Shown here piece after piece: positions 39,901-52,501 of a stretch of DNA of 64,000 nucleotides. How positions within the stretch are numbered: position 1 is the first letter of the stretch; each line of letters begins with the position of its first letter. The translations under genes and the position numbers were made by a program. The notes below the pieces were generated by a model. The model saw only the letters and a program-made list of their open reading frames with translations. It was not told the origin of the DNA and made no database searches. The stretch is from Octopus bimaculoides (taxonomy: Eukaryota). Where the stretch lies: contig NC_068986.1 of the NCBI RefSeq assembly GCF_001194135.2, positions 71,569,890 through 71,633,889 on the forward strand, written 5' to 3'.

Positions 39901-39948
<48 letters not shown>

Positions 39949-40016
39949 CAAAATCTGGAAAATTTAGTACATTTTTAATTCCTTGTTACACGTGTTTCAC
40001 TACTGTATAGAAAATA
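39819..40016. repeat. Foldback with ~75-bp arms around a (TA)n core
   Basis: tatttcctatactgtagtgaaacacgtgtaacaaggaattaaaaatgtac... is mirrored by ...gtacatttttaattccttgttacacgtgtttcactactgtatagaaaata. Confidence 0.9.
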
Positions 40017-40029
40017 CATTGTGAATATA

Positions 40030-40610
40030 AATATTAATATTGGTTTCAAATTTTAGCAGAAGGCCAGCAATTTTGAGTGAGGAACTAGGTCGGTTACATT
40101 GACTACAGTACTGACTGGTACTTATTTTATTGAATCCGAAATAACGAAAGGCTAAGTCATCCTCGGTGGAATTTGGACTCAAAACGTAAAGGCGAATGAA
40201 ATACTACTAGAGGTTTATCCTTATTCCTGATCGAATTTATGTGAGTATCAGATTACTACCTATAACCTTAAATACCCACAAGCTTTGAATAATTTTGTGT
40301 TGAAAACCCTCCGGATAAGCTTTCCTATCTCTACAAGACATTCTATTCCAATCTCATTCAACCATTTGTTTATATCATTATTTATTGTTCCTCCAAGGCA
40401 GAGAACTGGCAGAATCGTCAGCGCACTGGACGAAATGCTTAGCGGTATTTCGCCCGTCGCTACGTTCTGAGTTCAAATTCCCCCAAGGTCGACACTACCT
40501 ATCATCCTCTCGGGGTCGATAAAATAAATATAAGTTGTGTACTGGGTCGATGTAATCGACAATCGCCTCCCCCAAATTTCAGGCCTTATGCATATAGTAG
40601 AAAGTAATAT
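40030..40610. mobile_element. Two divergent SINE family A copies (about 40030-40200 minus, 40395-40610 plus)
   Basis: Both carry the family A domain. The plus copy has the head ggcagagaactggcagaatcgtcagc...gagttcaaattcc. Confidence 0.8.
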
Positions 40611-40999
40611 TGTCTTCTGAGGTCAGTAGGGTTTGTATATCCATCAAATCTCGTCTGCTAATTACATGTTGCTCCTGGTTTACTTGGCATTCTCCACTAA
40701 TGCTTATTGTGTCATAAAGGCGATAACAATATAAGCTCCAATATCATTGCCAGTAAATTACTGTGTTCTTAGTATTGTGTTGATTCGTGTATGGCAAAAT
40801 TATTGAGTGGGCAGGTGTGTGATGTACCAGCACAGGTTCCGTATGCTTTACCTCAAAGTTAGATGAGATGCTCTCAGTACTTCGTTGTCTGATCAAGAAG
40901 AGTTATGTTTGCATTTGCCTCCTTGACAAAAGGATAAAGCTCCTTCCCGATTAATAAAGACCCATAAAGCTGGTTTTTCGTTTTCTGTGGCGCATATAT

Positions 41000-41170
41000 T
41001 CTCACACCGGTCCGTCGATGAAATATTCATTTTTACCAGCTGAGTGGACTGGAGCAACGTGAAGTGAAGTGTTTATCTCAAGAACACAACGCATCTCCTG
41101 AAAGGAATCGAAACTACAATCGTGTGATCATTAGCACAGCACTTCTGGCCACTAAGCCACGCGTCTACTC
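41000..41170 (-). mobile_element. tRNA-derived SINE fragment, family D
   Basis: Reverse complement reads gacgcgtggcttagtggcc...gtttcgattcc...gttgtgttcttgagataaacacttcacttcacgttgctccagtccactcagctg (A/B-box-like head). Confidence 0.55.
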
Positions 41171-41785
41171 TTTGTTGACTACGACTGAAATTTTGGGGCA
41201 GAGGGTACTTAATGTATTGACCTCGAAAGGATGAAAGACAAAGCCGACCTCGGCGGAATTTGAACTTCGAACTAAGCATTTTTTACACATGAATAAGGAA
41301 ATCTGGGAAGGATGCACTCGTCTTACTCACGGCCAGTCTGTCCATATTCAGTGTCTGTATGTTATTGGTAGCGCTGCTAAAGGGAAAAATTACTTTTTGA
41401 TGTTTGCTACAGCTGGCAAAAACTATATGTGTGTTCGTGTGTGCGTACGCATGTGTAAACGTTGTGGTTAAGGGCTTTTAGTACTAGTTCTGGGGGTCCC
41501 GGACAAATCGTCCTAGTCCTGATTCCCTTTCTTTGAATTATTAACAAATGTATTTGAATTAGAACTATTACATATTATATAATGATTGTTTCAAATTTTG
41601 TCACAAGCCCAGCAACTTTAAGGGAATGGATCTAGTCGATTACATCGACCCCAGTGCTCAACTAGTGTTCCATTTTATTGACCCCAATAAGATAGAAGTC
41701 AGAACGTAAAGAGCCGGAAGAAATGCCGCTAGACATTTTATCCTACGCACTTACGGTTCCGCAAGTTCGCTTCATTCGTGTGTAG

Positions 41786-42375
<590 letters not shown>

Positions 42376-42376
<1 letters not shown>

Positions 42377-43015
42377 CCTTTCTACTATAGGCATAGGCAC
42401 AAGGCCCGAAATTTGGGGACAGAGGATAGTCGATTACATCGACCCCAGTATTTCACTGGTACTTAATTTATTGGCCCCGCCAAAAGGATGAAAGACAAAG
42501 TCGACCTCGGAGGAATTTGAACTACGAACTAAGCATTTTGCCCGGCGTGTTTACGATTCTGCAAGTTCACCGACTTAACATAGTATAAAAATAATGTTTA
42601 GAAGTCTAAGGTGGCGAGATGGCAGAAACATTAGCACGCCGGACGAAATGCTTAGCGGTAGTTCAAATACCGCTGAGGTCGACTTTGCCTTTCATCCTTT
42701 CGGGGTCGATAAATTAAGTACCAGTTACGCACTGGGGCGGATGTAATCGACTTAATCCCTTTGTCTGCCCTTGTTTGTCCCATCTATGTTTAGCCCCTTG
42801 TGGGCAATAATGAAATAAGTAACATTAGCACGCCGGGCAAAATGCTTAGCGGTATTTCGTCTGTCTCTACGTTCTATGTTCAAATTCCGCCGAGATCGAC
42901 TTTGCCTTTCATCCTTTCGAGGTCGATAAATTAAGTACCGGTTGCGCACTGGGGTCGATCTAATCGACTGACTCTCTCCTGAAAGATTTCGGGCCTTGTG
43001 CCCAGAGTAGAAAAG
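42376..43015. mobile_element. Cluster of three SINE family A copies (minus, plus, plus)
   Basis: Approximate spans: 42376-42577 (-), 42609-42818 (+, tail type 1), 42819-43015 (+, tail type 2). Confidence 0.9.
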
Positions 43016-44411
43016 AATATTTAGAAGTCTAATTATCATCGTGTCCTTTCTCAGCGGTATTATTCCTCCTTGAATACAGCGGGAAAAATTTGCCGTTTTA
43101 TACGAACAGTAATAAGCCGGAAGGTCCTTTTCTCCTAAGATCATAGTGACCCCAAACTTGTCCAATAGAACTGCTATGTCGTATCACGTTGAAATATTTA
43201 AGCAACCAGAAACTCACAACTGGTTTGTGTGTGACAATTGTGTTATAAGATCTCTAATCAAAATCAAGTAATATTCCAAAAAGAGGAAAACAAATAGAAC
43301 TGAAAATCTATGATTTACTTGGGACGTCATCCTGCAAGAACAAAAAGATTGCTAAAGCCTATCAGTTACTTTCAATGCATCATATAACAACGTATAAATT
43401 AACAGTAACATTTTAACACTTAGCGTGTTCAGTTCAGTGCTGCAAACTGTTCGTTCCAAGCTTTCTAGCTCCTTTAGATATACTTCCTACTCCCTATGAA
43501 CACCTTGATATATGAACAAAATTTCAGAAAACTGCTTATCCCACATGATGGAAATAAATGAAATTTACATCAATTTTGATGTTGAACTTAACTTTAGAGA
43601 TGGTTTGCTCATTAAAATATCGCAGCTTTAAAGAAATTTAAAAAAAACGAACATGGTCTTGCTATTTAATTGAAGCTGATCTTCAAATCATTTTTAAGCA
43701 ATTCAACATGAGTCATATAATAGAGTGCGAGAGGAGCGCTAAAGAAAGCAGCTGCTTTTGCACAATAGTAGTAGAAAAGGGATTTAGAGAAAAAGAAGTG
43801 TGAAACAGCGGCACTAGCAGCAGCAGTCAGTGTAGAAGCTAACGCAGCAAAAGCACTCACAAGGAGATATAATTTAACATTAAATCGCTAAAGAATTATC
43901 AGCACAACTGGCATCGAATTCCATTTATTTTTATGCCTTTAGGAAATGGCACATGGCTTTTTTGCAGTATAGCCTAATTTACGTAATCATTTCCTGTAAT
44001 TGTAAAATATCTGTCACCGGGATAAACTACTAATTTTGTGACATACATGACAAATATGTCAAAATTCTAATACCTAACATATTTCAGAATAATACGTGAA
44101 TAATATCTAGAAAAACGAGTAGAAAAAAATTAAAAATCCACTCAATAATACAGAAGCCTTACATTACTTTTCTTTCAGTTCTACTTAAAGCAGTTATAAG
44201 ATTGCTATAAAGCATGTATTTTAAAGATTTTAGTATTTCGGAAGAATATCTTTTTACAACACTGAAATTTTTTTTTGAGTTATACTGATTTTTCACTGAA
44301 CAAAAGAGAAAATATTCCAGAGTTATGAATTGCTGTTAATTTAGCTCCGTAGCTAAAATAATTCTAAATTATTGAAATAACTTACAAGTTGGAAATTTCT
44401 GAGGCATAAAC

Positions 44412-44442
<31 letters not shown>

Positions 44443-44454
44443 ACCACATACATA

Positions 44455-44587
44455 GGGAATAGATAGATAGATGGATAGATAGATAGACAAACAGACAGAA
44501 GACATACAGACAAACAGACAAACTGACAAATACATACATACATAGTCAGACATATATACAGACAGACAGATTGACAGACAGACAGAG

Positions 44588-44657
<70 letters not shown>

Positions 44658-44690
44658 ACAGACAGACAGATATATAGATATGCATACACA
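44455..44690. repeat. (AGAT)n/(AGAC)n compound microsatellite
   Basis: Directly visible. Another (AGAT)n lies at about 62585-62661. Confidence 0.95.
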
Positions 44691-44809
44691 TACATGCACA
44701 TATTCAGAGATACAGGCAGACAGATGTAGGAGAGACAGACTATAATCTGAATTCGATTCGTTTATAGTGTAAGATATATAATATAAGTTATGTAGGTAGT
44801 GTTGAATAT

Positions 44810-45020
44810 GAGCTGGCAGACTGGTTCGAACGTTGGAAAAATACCTCATAGTATTTGTTCCGGCTCTTTAAGAATTTTAGTTCATATCTCGCTGAGGTCA
44901 ACTTTGCATTTCAACTTTTTGGGACCAATAAAATAAAGTACTTGTCAAGCACTGAAGTTGATGATTACCGATATAGCTCTCATTCTCAAAATGTGTTATC
45001 CTTGCGCCTAAATTAGAAAT
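44810..45020 (+). mobile_element. SINE family A, diverged copy
   Basis: Contains gagctggcagactggttcgaacg...gctgaggtcaactttgcatttcaactttt...aaataaagtacttg. Confidence 0.65.
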
Positions 45021-46163
45021 TAAGTACTTAATAAAAGGTGTAGGTGATTTTATTGAACTTTGTTGCTCTCAACATAACCTCAACCGTTTGCTCTCAACAG
45101 AGATATTTCAGTGAGCAAGACGCCGGTTTTAAATAAACATGTTTCATTGACGAAATGTCAACGTCATTACATTTGTAGACGTCAGCATTGTATATTTAAA
45201 CGATTTATTAACCAATCCGTTATATAAAGAAAAAAAAAATTACCATCATCCGTATGCTTCATAAAAATTGTATTTAAATTTTTTCGTTGGATATATCATT
45301 CACAAAGCTTCCGAACACTTACAGTCACGTCTCAGCGTATAAACAATTTCTACGTTTACATGCGAAGCTTGCGTCAGTGAAGCAGTAGTTAGGCAGCAGT
45401 GAAGGAAATGAAAATAGCCTGTTATTCTCGGATATTACAAATAAATGAAGTAGCTGATTGCGCTGCCGAACAATTTCCTCTAAGATGAAATAATGTTATG
45501 ATTTCTGAGTAAAATAAACGCAGTATATAAAGGAGATAGAGGGATAGTGAAATGATTTAGTGGACTAACTTCACAATCAAAATACGTTATGTGTTGTTAT
45601 TAAAGGAATTTTACCTTTACCGCTTACGCAGTATGCAGTATGAACTGATATATGTACATATGTTCATGCATGAATATATACATATGCATGTATGTATGTA
45701 TGTATGTATGTAAGTATGCATGTATGTATGGGAATACATATATATATATATGTATATGTACACACAATCACACACACACATGTATATATTTTTATATATT
45801 TACACATGCAAACATGCTTATAAGTGTGTGTGTGTGTGTGTGCGTGTTTGTATGCATGTATACACACATACACACACACGCGCGGCGTACGCACACACAC
45901 ACAAACATATACACATTATGTTTCTTATAATTTTCGTCTTTTGCCTTTTACTAGTGTCACTTATTAGATTGCAGTTGCGTGCGTATGTTTATTCCGGCCC
46001 GGTACGTGTCTTATATTCTTTCTATTTGTCGAACCGCTGCATTATAGTGTATAAAGGGAGATACATAGTCAGTCATAAATATCGATACCACCTCTCACGT
46101 ATATGCAGGCACACACAACATACCCTTGCCAACACACGCACACCTCCTGCCAACGCACACGCG

Positions 46164-46215
<52 letters not shown>

Positions 46216-46248
46216 AAGCACACAAACATTTATTTCAGTGATCTAGAT

Positions 46249-47026
46249 AAGTGGTTCCCAAACTTATTCTGATTGACCCTCCCTTGGTACCCAGGCCATA
46301 TTTCAAGCGCACCCCCCCCCCACCAATACCGCAAGTATAGATCTCTTTCTATTGCAAATTCAAATCAACTGTATTTCACAAAGAAAGCTTAACCTAGTTA
46401 ACACATCATTTTGCTGTTTTTACAAAATAAAGGAGTAAATATACATCCCACCAGTAACCACGTTGTTTTCATATTTTTCATGCGATGAATGTACATTGTG
46501 TAGGGGCATCAACTTCTCGACATCCGGCTGAAAGGTACTAAGAAGTTGAAGTTGTCTCAGATTCGTACGTTCAATAATTTTCAATTTGTTTCTTTCCACA
46601 AAAATAATCTGGGCAACTGCACTGAAGCCCCGATCTTCAAAATATACTGGGAAAGTAATAAAGTACATCTTGACTTTGTTCCACCGTGCAGGGTATCAGT
46701 TACAGATATCCATTTGCAATAAAAAAAAAACCCTGGTGTGATTTTCTGAACTTTGGCGTTAGCTCAACGTCATTTTAAAGTGAAACCTGTTCTTCCTCTC
46801 CAATTTTTGGTTCCTCAGTACTGATATCTAGGAATCATCTAGATTGGTATTTTAATCTAAAATAAATATCCTGAAGTCTGTCAGACATGTCACTGTGCAA
46901 TGTATCCAGCAGAGAACAATACACTTGAATGGCATCTTCTGAAATGCGCTTTTCCTTCTCCATTTCAGAGAGGTTCGGAAACTGGAAGAACTAACGACGG
47001 CTTATGTTACATTTGAACAGCTGTAA
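46249..47026 (-). mobile_element. hAT (Buster/Charlie-type) transposase C-terminal remnant with one terminal repeat
   Basis: Reads LQLFKCNISRR*FFQFPNLSE...IQVYCSLLDTLHSDMSDRLQD...NDVELTPKFRKS...YPARWNKVKMYFITFP.YFEDRGFSAVAQ...RNKLKIIERTNLR...FQPDVEKLMPLHNVHSSH, matching the FAM200/ZBED5-type end. TIR (a)agtggttcccaaac begins at 46249, next to the NNNTANNN 8-mer ATCTAGAT (46241-46248). Confidence 0.85.
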
Positions 47027-47100
47027 CTTGGGAAGAAACGTGGAGAGGGATGGTTTCCTTGCTGTTGCAGATTAACTTCAATGAATTTTGTGAATATATA

Positions 47101-47477
47101 TGATTGTGTGTTGGCACTCCGTCGCTTACGACGTCGAGGGTTCCAGTTGATCCGATCAACGGAACAGCCTGCTCGTGAAATTAACGTGCAAGTGGCTGAG
47201 CACTCCACAGACACGTGTACCTCGGGGATATTCAGCGTGACACATTGTGACAAGGCTGACCCTTTGAATTACAGGCACAACAGAAACAGGAAGTAAGAGT
47301 GAGAGAAAGTTGTGGTAGAAGAGTATAGCAGGGTTTGCCACCATCCCCTGCCGGAGCCTCGTGGAACTTTAGCTGTTTTCGATCAATAAACACTCACAAC
47401 GCCCGGTCTGGAAATCGAAACTGTGATCCTATGACCGCGAGTTCGCTGCCCTAACCAGTGGGCCATTGCGCCTCCAC
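47101..47477 (-). mobile_element. tRNA-derived SINE family C, full length with a 13-bp TSD
   Basis: Head (reverse complement) is gtggaggcgcaatggcccactggttagggcagcgaactcgcggtcataggatcacagtttcgatttccagacc. Direct repeats TTGTGAATATATA at 47088-47100 and 47478-47490. Confidence 0.9.
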
Positions 47478-47719
47478 TTGTGAATATATAATATATGCAA
47501 TAACATATTTGATGTTTCTTGGTTCATCACAAAGAACAGAATAAGAGCCTTGCAAGGATAGAAACTGTCAGGCAGTGTCCCTTTAAAAGCCACCGAATTT
47601 CTATGTGTAGCAACAAACGTTCAAAATCTTTATCGTTTTATAAATCCTAATTCTTGTAAGACAGCTATTCTGAAAGTTCCACTGCAATGACGTGTACTTC
47701 TCACAATACTCCACAAAGA

Positions 47720-47941
47720 GTTATCTTTTACTTGTTTCGTTCACGAAACTGCGGTCATGCTGGGGCGTTGTTTTGAAGAAATTTTAGTTGAATGAATCGA
47801 CACCAGTACTTGTCGTTTTACTTTTTCTCTAAATCTGGTACTTTGCCAAACCGCTAAGTTACGGAAACGTAAACATATCAGCGCCAGTTGTCAAACAGTG
47901 GTGGAATGTAAACACACACACACACGCAGGCACGCACGCAT

Positions 47942-48007
<66 letters not shown>

Positions 48008-48095
48008 CACAGGCTTCTTTCAGTTTCCATCAATCAAATCGACTCACAAAGATTTGGTCGGCCAGAGTCTATAAGAGAAGACACTTGCCCAATTT
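47720..48095 (-). mobile_element. SINE family B, head truncated
   Basis: Contains ttttacttgtttc...gcggtcatgctgggg...gccaaaccgctaagttacgg...caggcttctttcagtttcc...agaagacacttgcccaa. Confidence 0.85.
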
Positions 48096-48865
48096 TCTAA
48101 CATGAAGTAAAATAACTAACTTATCTCATCATATTCTTTTGGTCAGGGTTATAGAAATCGTTTATTTTCGTTTAGTGCTTATATATGAAATACCGCGTTT
48201 GATTACGTAAACGAAACAGTTTCACTTGAAGTAACTTAACGTGATGTGCTGAGTTTATATATAAAACGAAAGAAAATATTTAATGGCGATAAGAAACAGC
48301 TTATATATCTCACATCACTCATCTAAGAGGATTTTTTAAACTAGTTCATTTATCAAAGAAATATTTAGTGTTGCTACATTCAAGTGATGTAACTATGTTT
48401 AATCTTCAGTATCCATGAAGGAATTTAATGGCATTTTATTTGATTTCAGTTGAAGTTATGAATAATAAAATATTTCTGCTTCAAGCGTTTATTTTGTTTA
48501 CACGGAGAAATATTTCAGTATTTTGTTCTCAGAATGGCAGTAGCTTTAGATATTAGTGAAGTATCATGCTACTTGTTTAGTTTTATTTACACAACGTTTC
48601 AGGTGCATGCATTCATTTCTGTGAATTGCGAAGAAATGTTCGTTTTTATATTTCAGCTTTTTAAATTTTCAATTTACTAGCAACACAGAAACTTTCATGG
48701 TTTTTAAATTACCTTAAGAAAAGCAGACATAAAACAGAAACCTATGGTGAGTTACAATGTACATTGGAAGCGCTTCGTGAACTTGCTACTACATTATTTC
48801 AAAAATCTTAATCGGGATCTTTCAGTAATATTATAGAAACCCCATTTTATATGTTTATACGTACA

Positions 48866-48903
<38 letters not shown>

Positions 48904-48923
48904 NNNNNNNNNNTGTGTGTGTA

Positions 48924-49152
48924 TTATTAAAAGCAGCAGAAATATCACAAAAAACGGTTACTCAGAGTTTTCACGTTCCCGTTCGTTGGAGTTTTGTTAG
49001 AATTCCTAACAAAACTGTCCGACGAACGGGAACGTGAAACTCTGAGTAACAGTTTGTGCGATATTTCTGCTGCTTTCAATAAAGCACATTACTCTACCTC
49101 TGGTATTTGAGTACTCTTTTTCCACCTTGTTTCACATTTATGTGCTTACTCC
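48924..49152. repeat. Head-to-head palindrome (48924-49082) of a Penelope-type terminal-repeat fragment; the right copy extends to 49152
   Basis: Arms of about 77 bp around the loop aattc (49001-49005), with about 7 differences between arms. The Penelope assignment is inferred from the minimal hammerhead. Confidence 0.8.
49012..49055 (+). ncRNA. Minimal type I hammerhead ribozyme (U4C core variant)
   Basis: Layout: stem I AAACUGU/ACAGUUU (7 bp perfect), core CCGACGA, stem II ACG-GGAA-CGU, GAAA, quasi-palindromic stem III ACUC-U-GAGU, cleavage triplet GUA (predicted cut after 49048). Activity untested. Confidence 0.7.
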
Positions 49153-49192
<40 letters not shown>

Positions 49193-51797
49193 GTTACCTG
49201 ACTGTTTTAATTGGTATGAAATATTAATGGTAATTTTTTATATAAAATTAGATGAATCCTTAGGCCCCACCCGTCTTCAGTTAGTTTTGTTATTTACAGT
49301 TTAGTCAGAGATGAAATGCAGTATCTATTACCCTTTGGGAGCCTCTGAGATGGGTTGGAGGAAGGGATGAAGGTATTCTCAAACAGGCAACTAGTCTCGA
49401 ATGCGTGAAAGAAAGTGAACATAACGAGAAAACTCAAGGCGCAGGTGATTGTGTTAAAGCTAGGCGCATGTGATGGTGTTAAACTCAGACAACATTTCCT
49501 AAAGTAGCCGGAACAAATACTCTGACTTTGCATCGCCGTATCAATTTTACCAAACCACCACTCTGGGCTGGTACTTTATCGAAGGATGGAACATAAAGCC
49601 GATTTCTGTGGGTTTTGAACTCAGAAAGCAATGAGCGGTAATAAATAGGGAAAGTATTTTGTTACACTCTCTACAGATTCGGTCAAGTCACCGGCTGCTT
49701 AATTTTAAAGTATATTCATTATAATTACTAAATTAGTTGCAAGAAAACTTGTTGCAAGTTTAGTAGTACTGTAGTTATGAATACTTCATGAAATATAGTT
49801 GAATCTGCTTTGACTATGTATCCTTTTCCTCGTTCTAATATGAATTATAAACATTGAAAAAAACTCTCTCATAAAGTTTTGGAATTGAGAAAACCGGTTC
49901 TAATCCCATAAATTTATGAGCTTAATCAATAATTCATGAACCTAATCAATAACTTGAGAACGCTGTATGATTATGCAAACAGATAAATGCAAATCAATAG
50001 GACGAGGGCTTGCGGTAGTATGGAATATTGCTACTGATTTTAGTGTTCTTTTTTTTAAAGGAAATTAATAAGTAGCAAATATTGATTTCTTACAAAGGCA
50101 CCATGTTAATGTACGTTGAGAAGTGGCAGAGTCGATTGAACCACCGTCCCTGCATTACTGGTTTTATTTCAGCGTTTTTAAAGACATCAAAGTCGATCTC
50201 CGATGTAGGTGAAATGCATTTAAGTATACTAATAATTGTTTTTCCTGAGTTAAAAACTTCAAATTAAAACAATACATTCAAACTAAAAATCTGATATCTT
50301 AATTGATATTCCGATTAAACGGGTGACAAACTTTATTTATTAACTTCTCTCTCATGTTTCTCTGCTGCAATGTTCCGGGGATATCCAGCTTTTAAAACAA
50401 AGTAATATAAGATAGAATAATATGACTTGAAGGACAACTGATTGCTGTATATGATACATCTAGCTAACGTATCTTGCCATGTCTCGCTTATTAGTTCATT
50501 AGCACATATAAGCATGCATATGGCTATAGCGTGTTATTTGAGGGAAATAAGGCTGCTATTTATACCAGATAGTAGAATGTATTTAGAGGGAGATAGGTAT
50601 AGCTACAATGAACCATACCTCAGCAAGTGGTCTGAGGGTGATTTGGGTACTATATTTTTTTCTTACAAATCATGCATCCACATATCAGTCCCCATTGTTG
50701 ATTCAAACACATAATTAGCGTAGAAAATCGGTGTCCACTGCAATATAAATGACTGTTGCCCATTTTTAACCAGATTAAATTTTATAAGATGAAATATATC
50801 TTTGATTTATCAGCAGCTCTTCTAATTTTTGAATACTCTGTAATTGTTGTTAGGTAGTTACTGACAATGGAATGCAATTTTGGGCGAAAGTTACGTTGCA
50901 CTCTTTCTAAAAGCGAATTCATTATAAATTACTTACTTCGAGCAAGCGAGTCAGAGAGAGAGAGGGGGAGAGAGGAGGAGAGAGGGTGAGAGAGGAGGGA
51001 GAGAGGAGGGAGAGAGAGGGATGGAGAGGGTGAGAAGGAAGGTAAGAAAAAATAGGAAGAATGAAGAAAAGGGAAAACAGCGAGTTTGACGTCACCCAAC
51101 CATACAACCACCATAACTCATTTACCTTTGTTTCTCCATTTGTATCTCTTATTCTCTATGAATCTCTCTTCGATTAATCTAGAGCAAGACAGGAGAGAAA
51201 TTACAAAGAATGTTAGTCATTATTACTTCATTTCACCTTTGTATTTTTCCACTTTCTTTTATTATAGTCAGTAGGGTACGGTTGAGGAAGATTTTACTGC
51301 TTTTTCTGAAAATAAGATATGGTTTGGGATTTGAAAACAAACGTTATACATAGCTTGCTTCTGGGAGGCCGAATAAAATAATATTTATGGGTTTTGTGGC
51401 TGTTACATTTGAATTTTCGGAATAAAACTTGGCCACAAACAGACAATTCACATTTATAATAAGTACATTAATGCTAGAAACTGAAATTAAAATTACCCTG
51501 ATAAAATTGATTATAAAAGGTGTCTATCGTGAAATAATCATTAAAACAATGACACTGAATTATATAATGTATTTCCTGCATCAACAGTGTTGTTTTGCAG
51601 ATGACGAAATGTATGAAAAATTACTACAGTTAGAACAATTTCTCTTATGCAAATTCAAGAGCTTCATAAAAACACTTAATGTTTTTTTGTGTTTGGGAAA
51701 AATAATTAAAGTAAAAATGAGAATGAATATTGATTTTCTTTTAAACACATTAATGCTTACTTTAATAGCGAATACCTACTAAAAGCAGCTATTGAGT

Positions 51798-52440
51798 NNN
51801 NNNNNNNNNNNNNNNNNNNNNNNNNNNNNNNNNNNNNNNNNNNNNNNNNNNNNNNNNNNNNNNNNNNNNNNNNNNNNNNNNNNNNNNNNNNNNNNNNNNN
51901 NNNNNNNNNNNNNNNNNNNNNNNNNNNNNNNNNNNNNNNNNNNNNNNNNNNNNNNNNNNNNNNNNNNNNNNNNNNNNNNNNNNNNNNNNNNNNNNNNNNN
52001 NNNNNNNNNNNNNNNNNNNNNNNNNNNNNNNNNNNNNNNNNNNNNNNNNNNNNNNNNNNNNNNNNNNNNNNNNNNNNNNNNNNNNNNNNNNNNNNNNNNN
52101 NNNNNNNNNNNNNNNNNNNNNNNNNNNNNNNNNNNNNNNNNNNNNNNNNNNNNNNNNNNNNNNNNNNNNNNNNNNNNNNNNNNNNNNNNNNNNNNNNNNN
52201 NNNNNNNNNNNNNNNNNNNNNNNNNNNNNNNNNNNNNNNNNNNNNNNNNNNNNNNNNNNNNNNNNNNNNNNNNNNNNNNNNNNNNNNNNNNNNNNNNNNN
52301 NNNNNNNNNNNNNNNNNNNNNNNNNNNNNNNNNNNNNNNNNNNNNNNNNNNNNNNNNNNNNNNNNNNNNNNNNNNNNNNNNNNNNNNNNNNNNNNNNNNN
52401 NNNNNNNNNNNNNNNNNNNNNNNNNNNNNNNNNNNNNNNN
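51798..52440. other. Largest assembly gap. Others: 5956-6283, 9645-9971, 35468-35670, 38312-38480, 41956-42015, 48904-48913, 56204-56403
   Basis: Runs of N, most of them flanked by microsatellites. Confidence 0.98.

Positions 52441-52501
<61 letters not shown>

Noticed and set aside
43666-43860. Ala-rich ORF (minus) and an Ala/Lys-rich reading with three TAG codons (plus)
   Set aside because: No recognisable family, GTG start and no splice context. Better explained as cryptic GCA/TAG low-complexity sequence, as at 8900-9000.
47400-47477. tRNA-like sequences (also the heads of SINE families A, B and D)
   Set aside because: They have A/B boxes but continue into SINE bodies with TSDs, so they are not tRNA genes.
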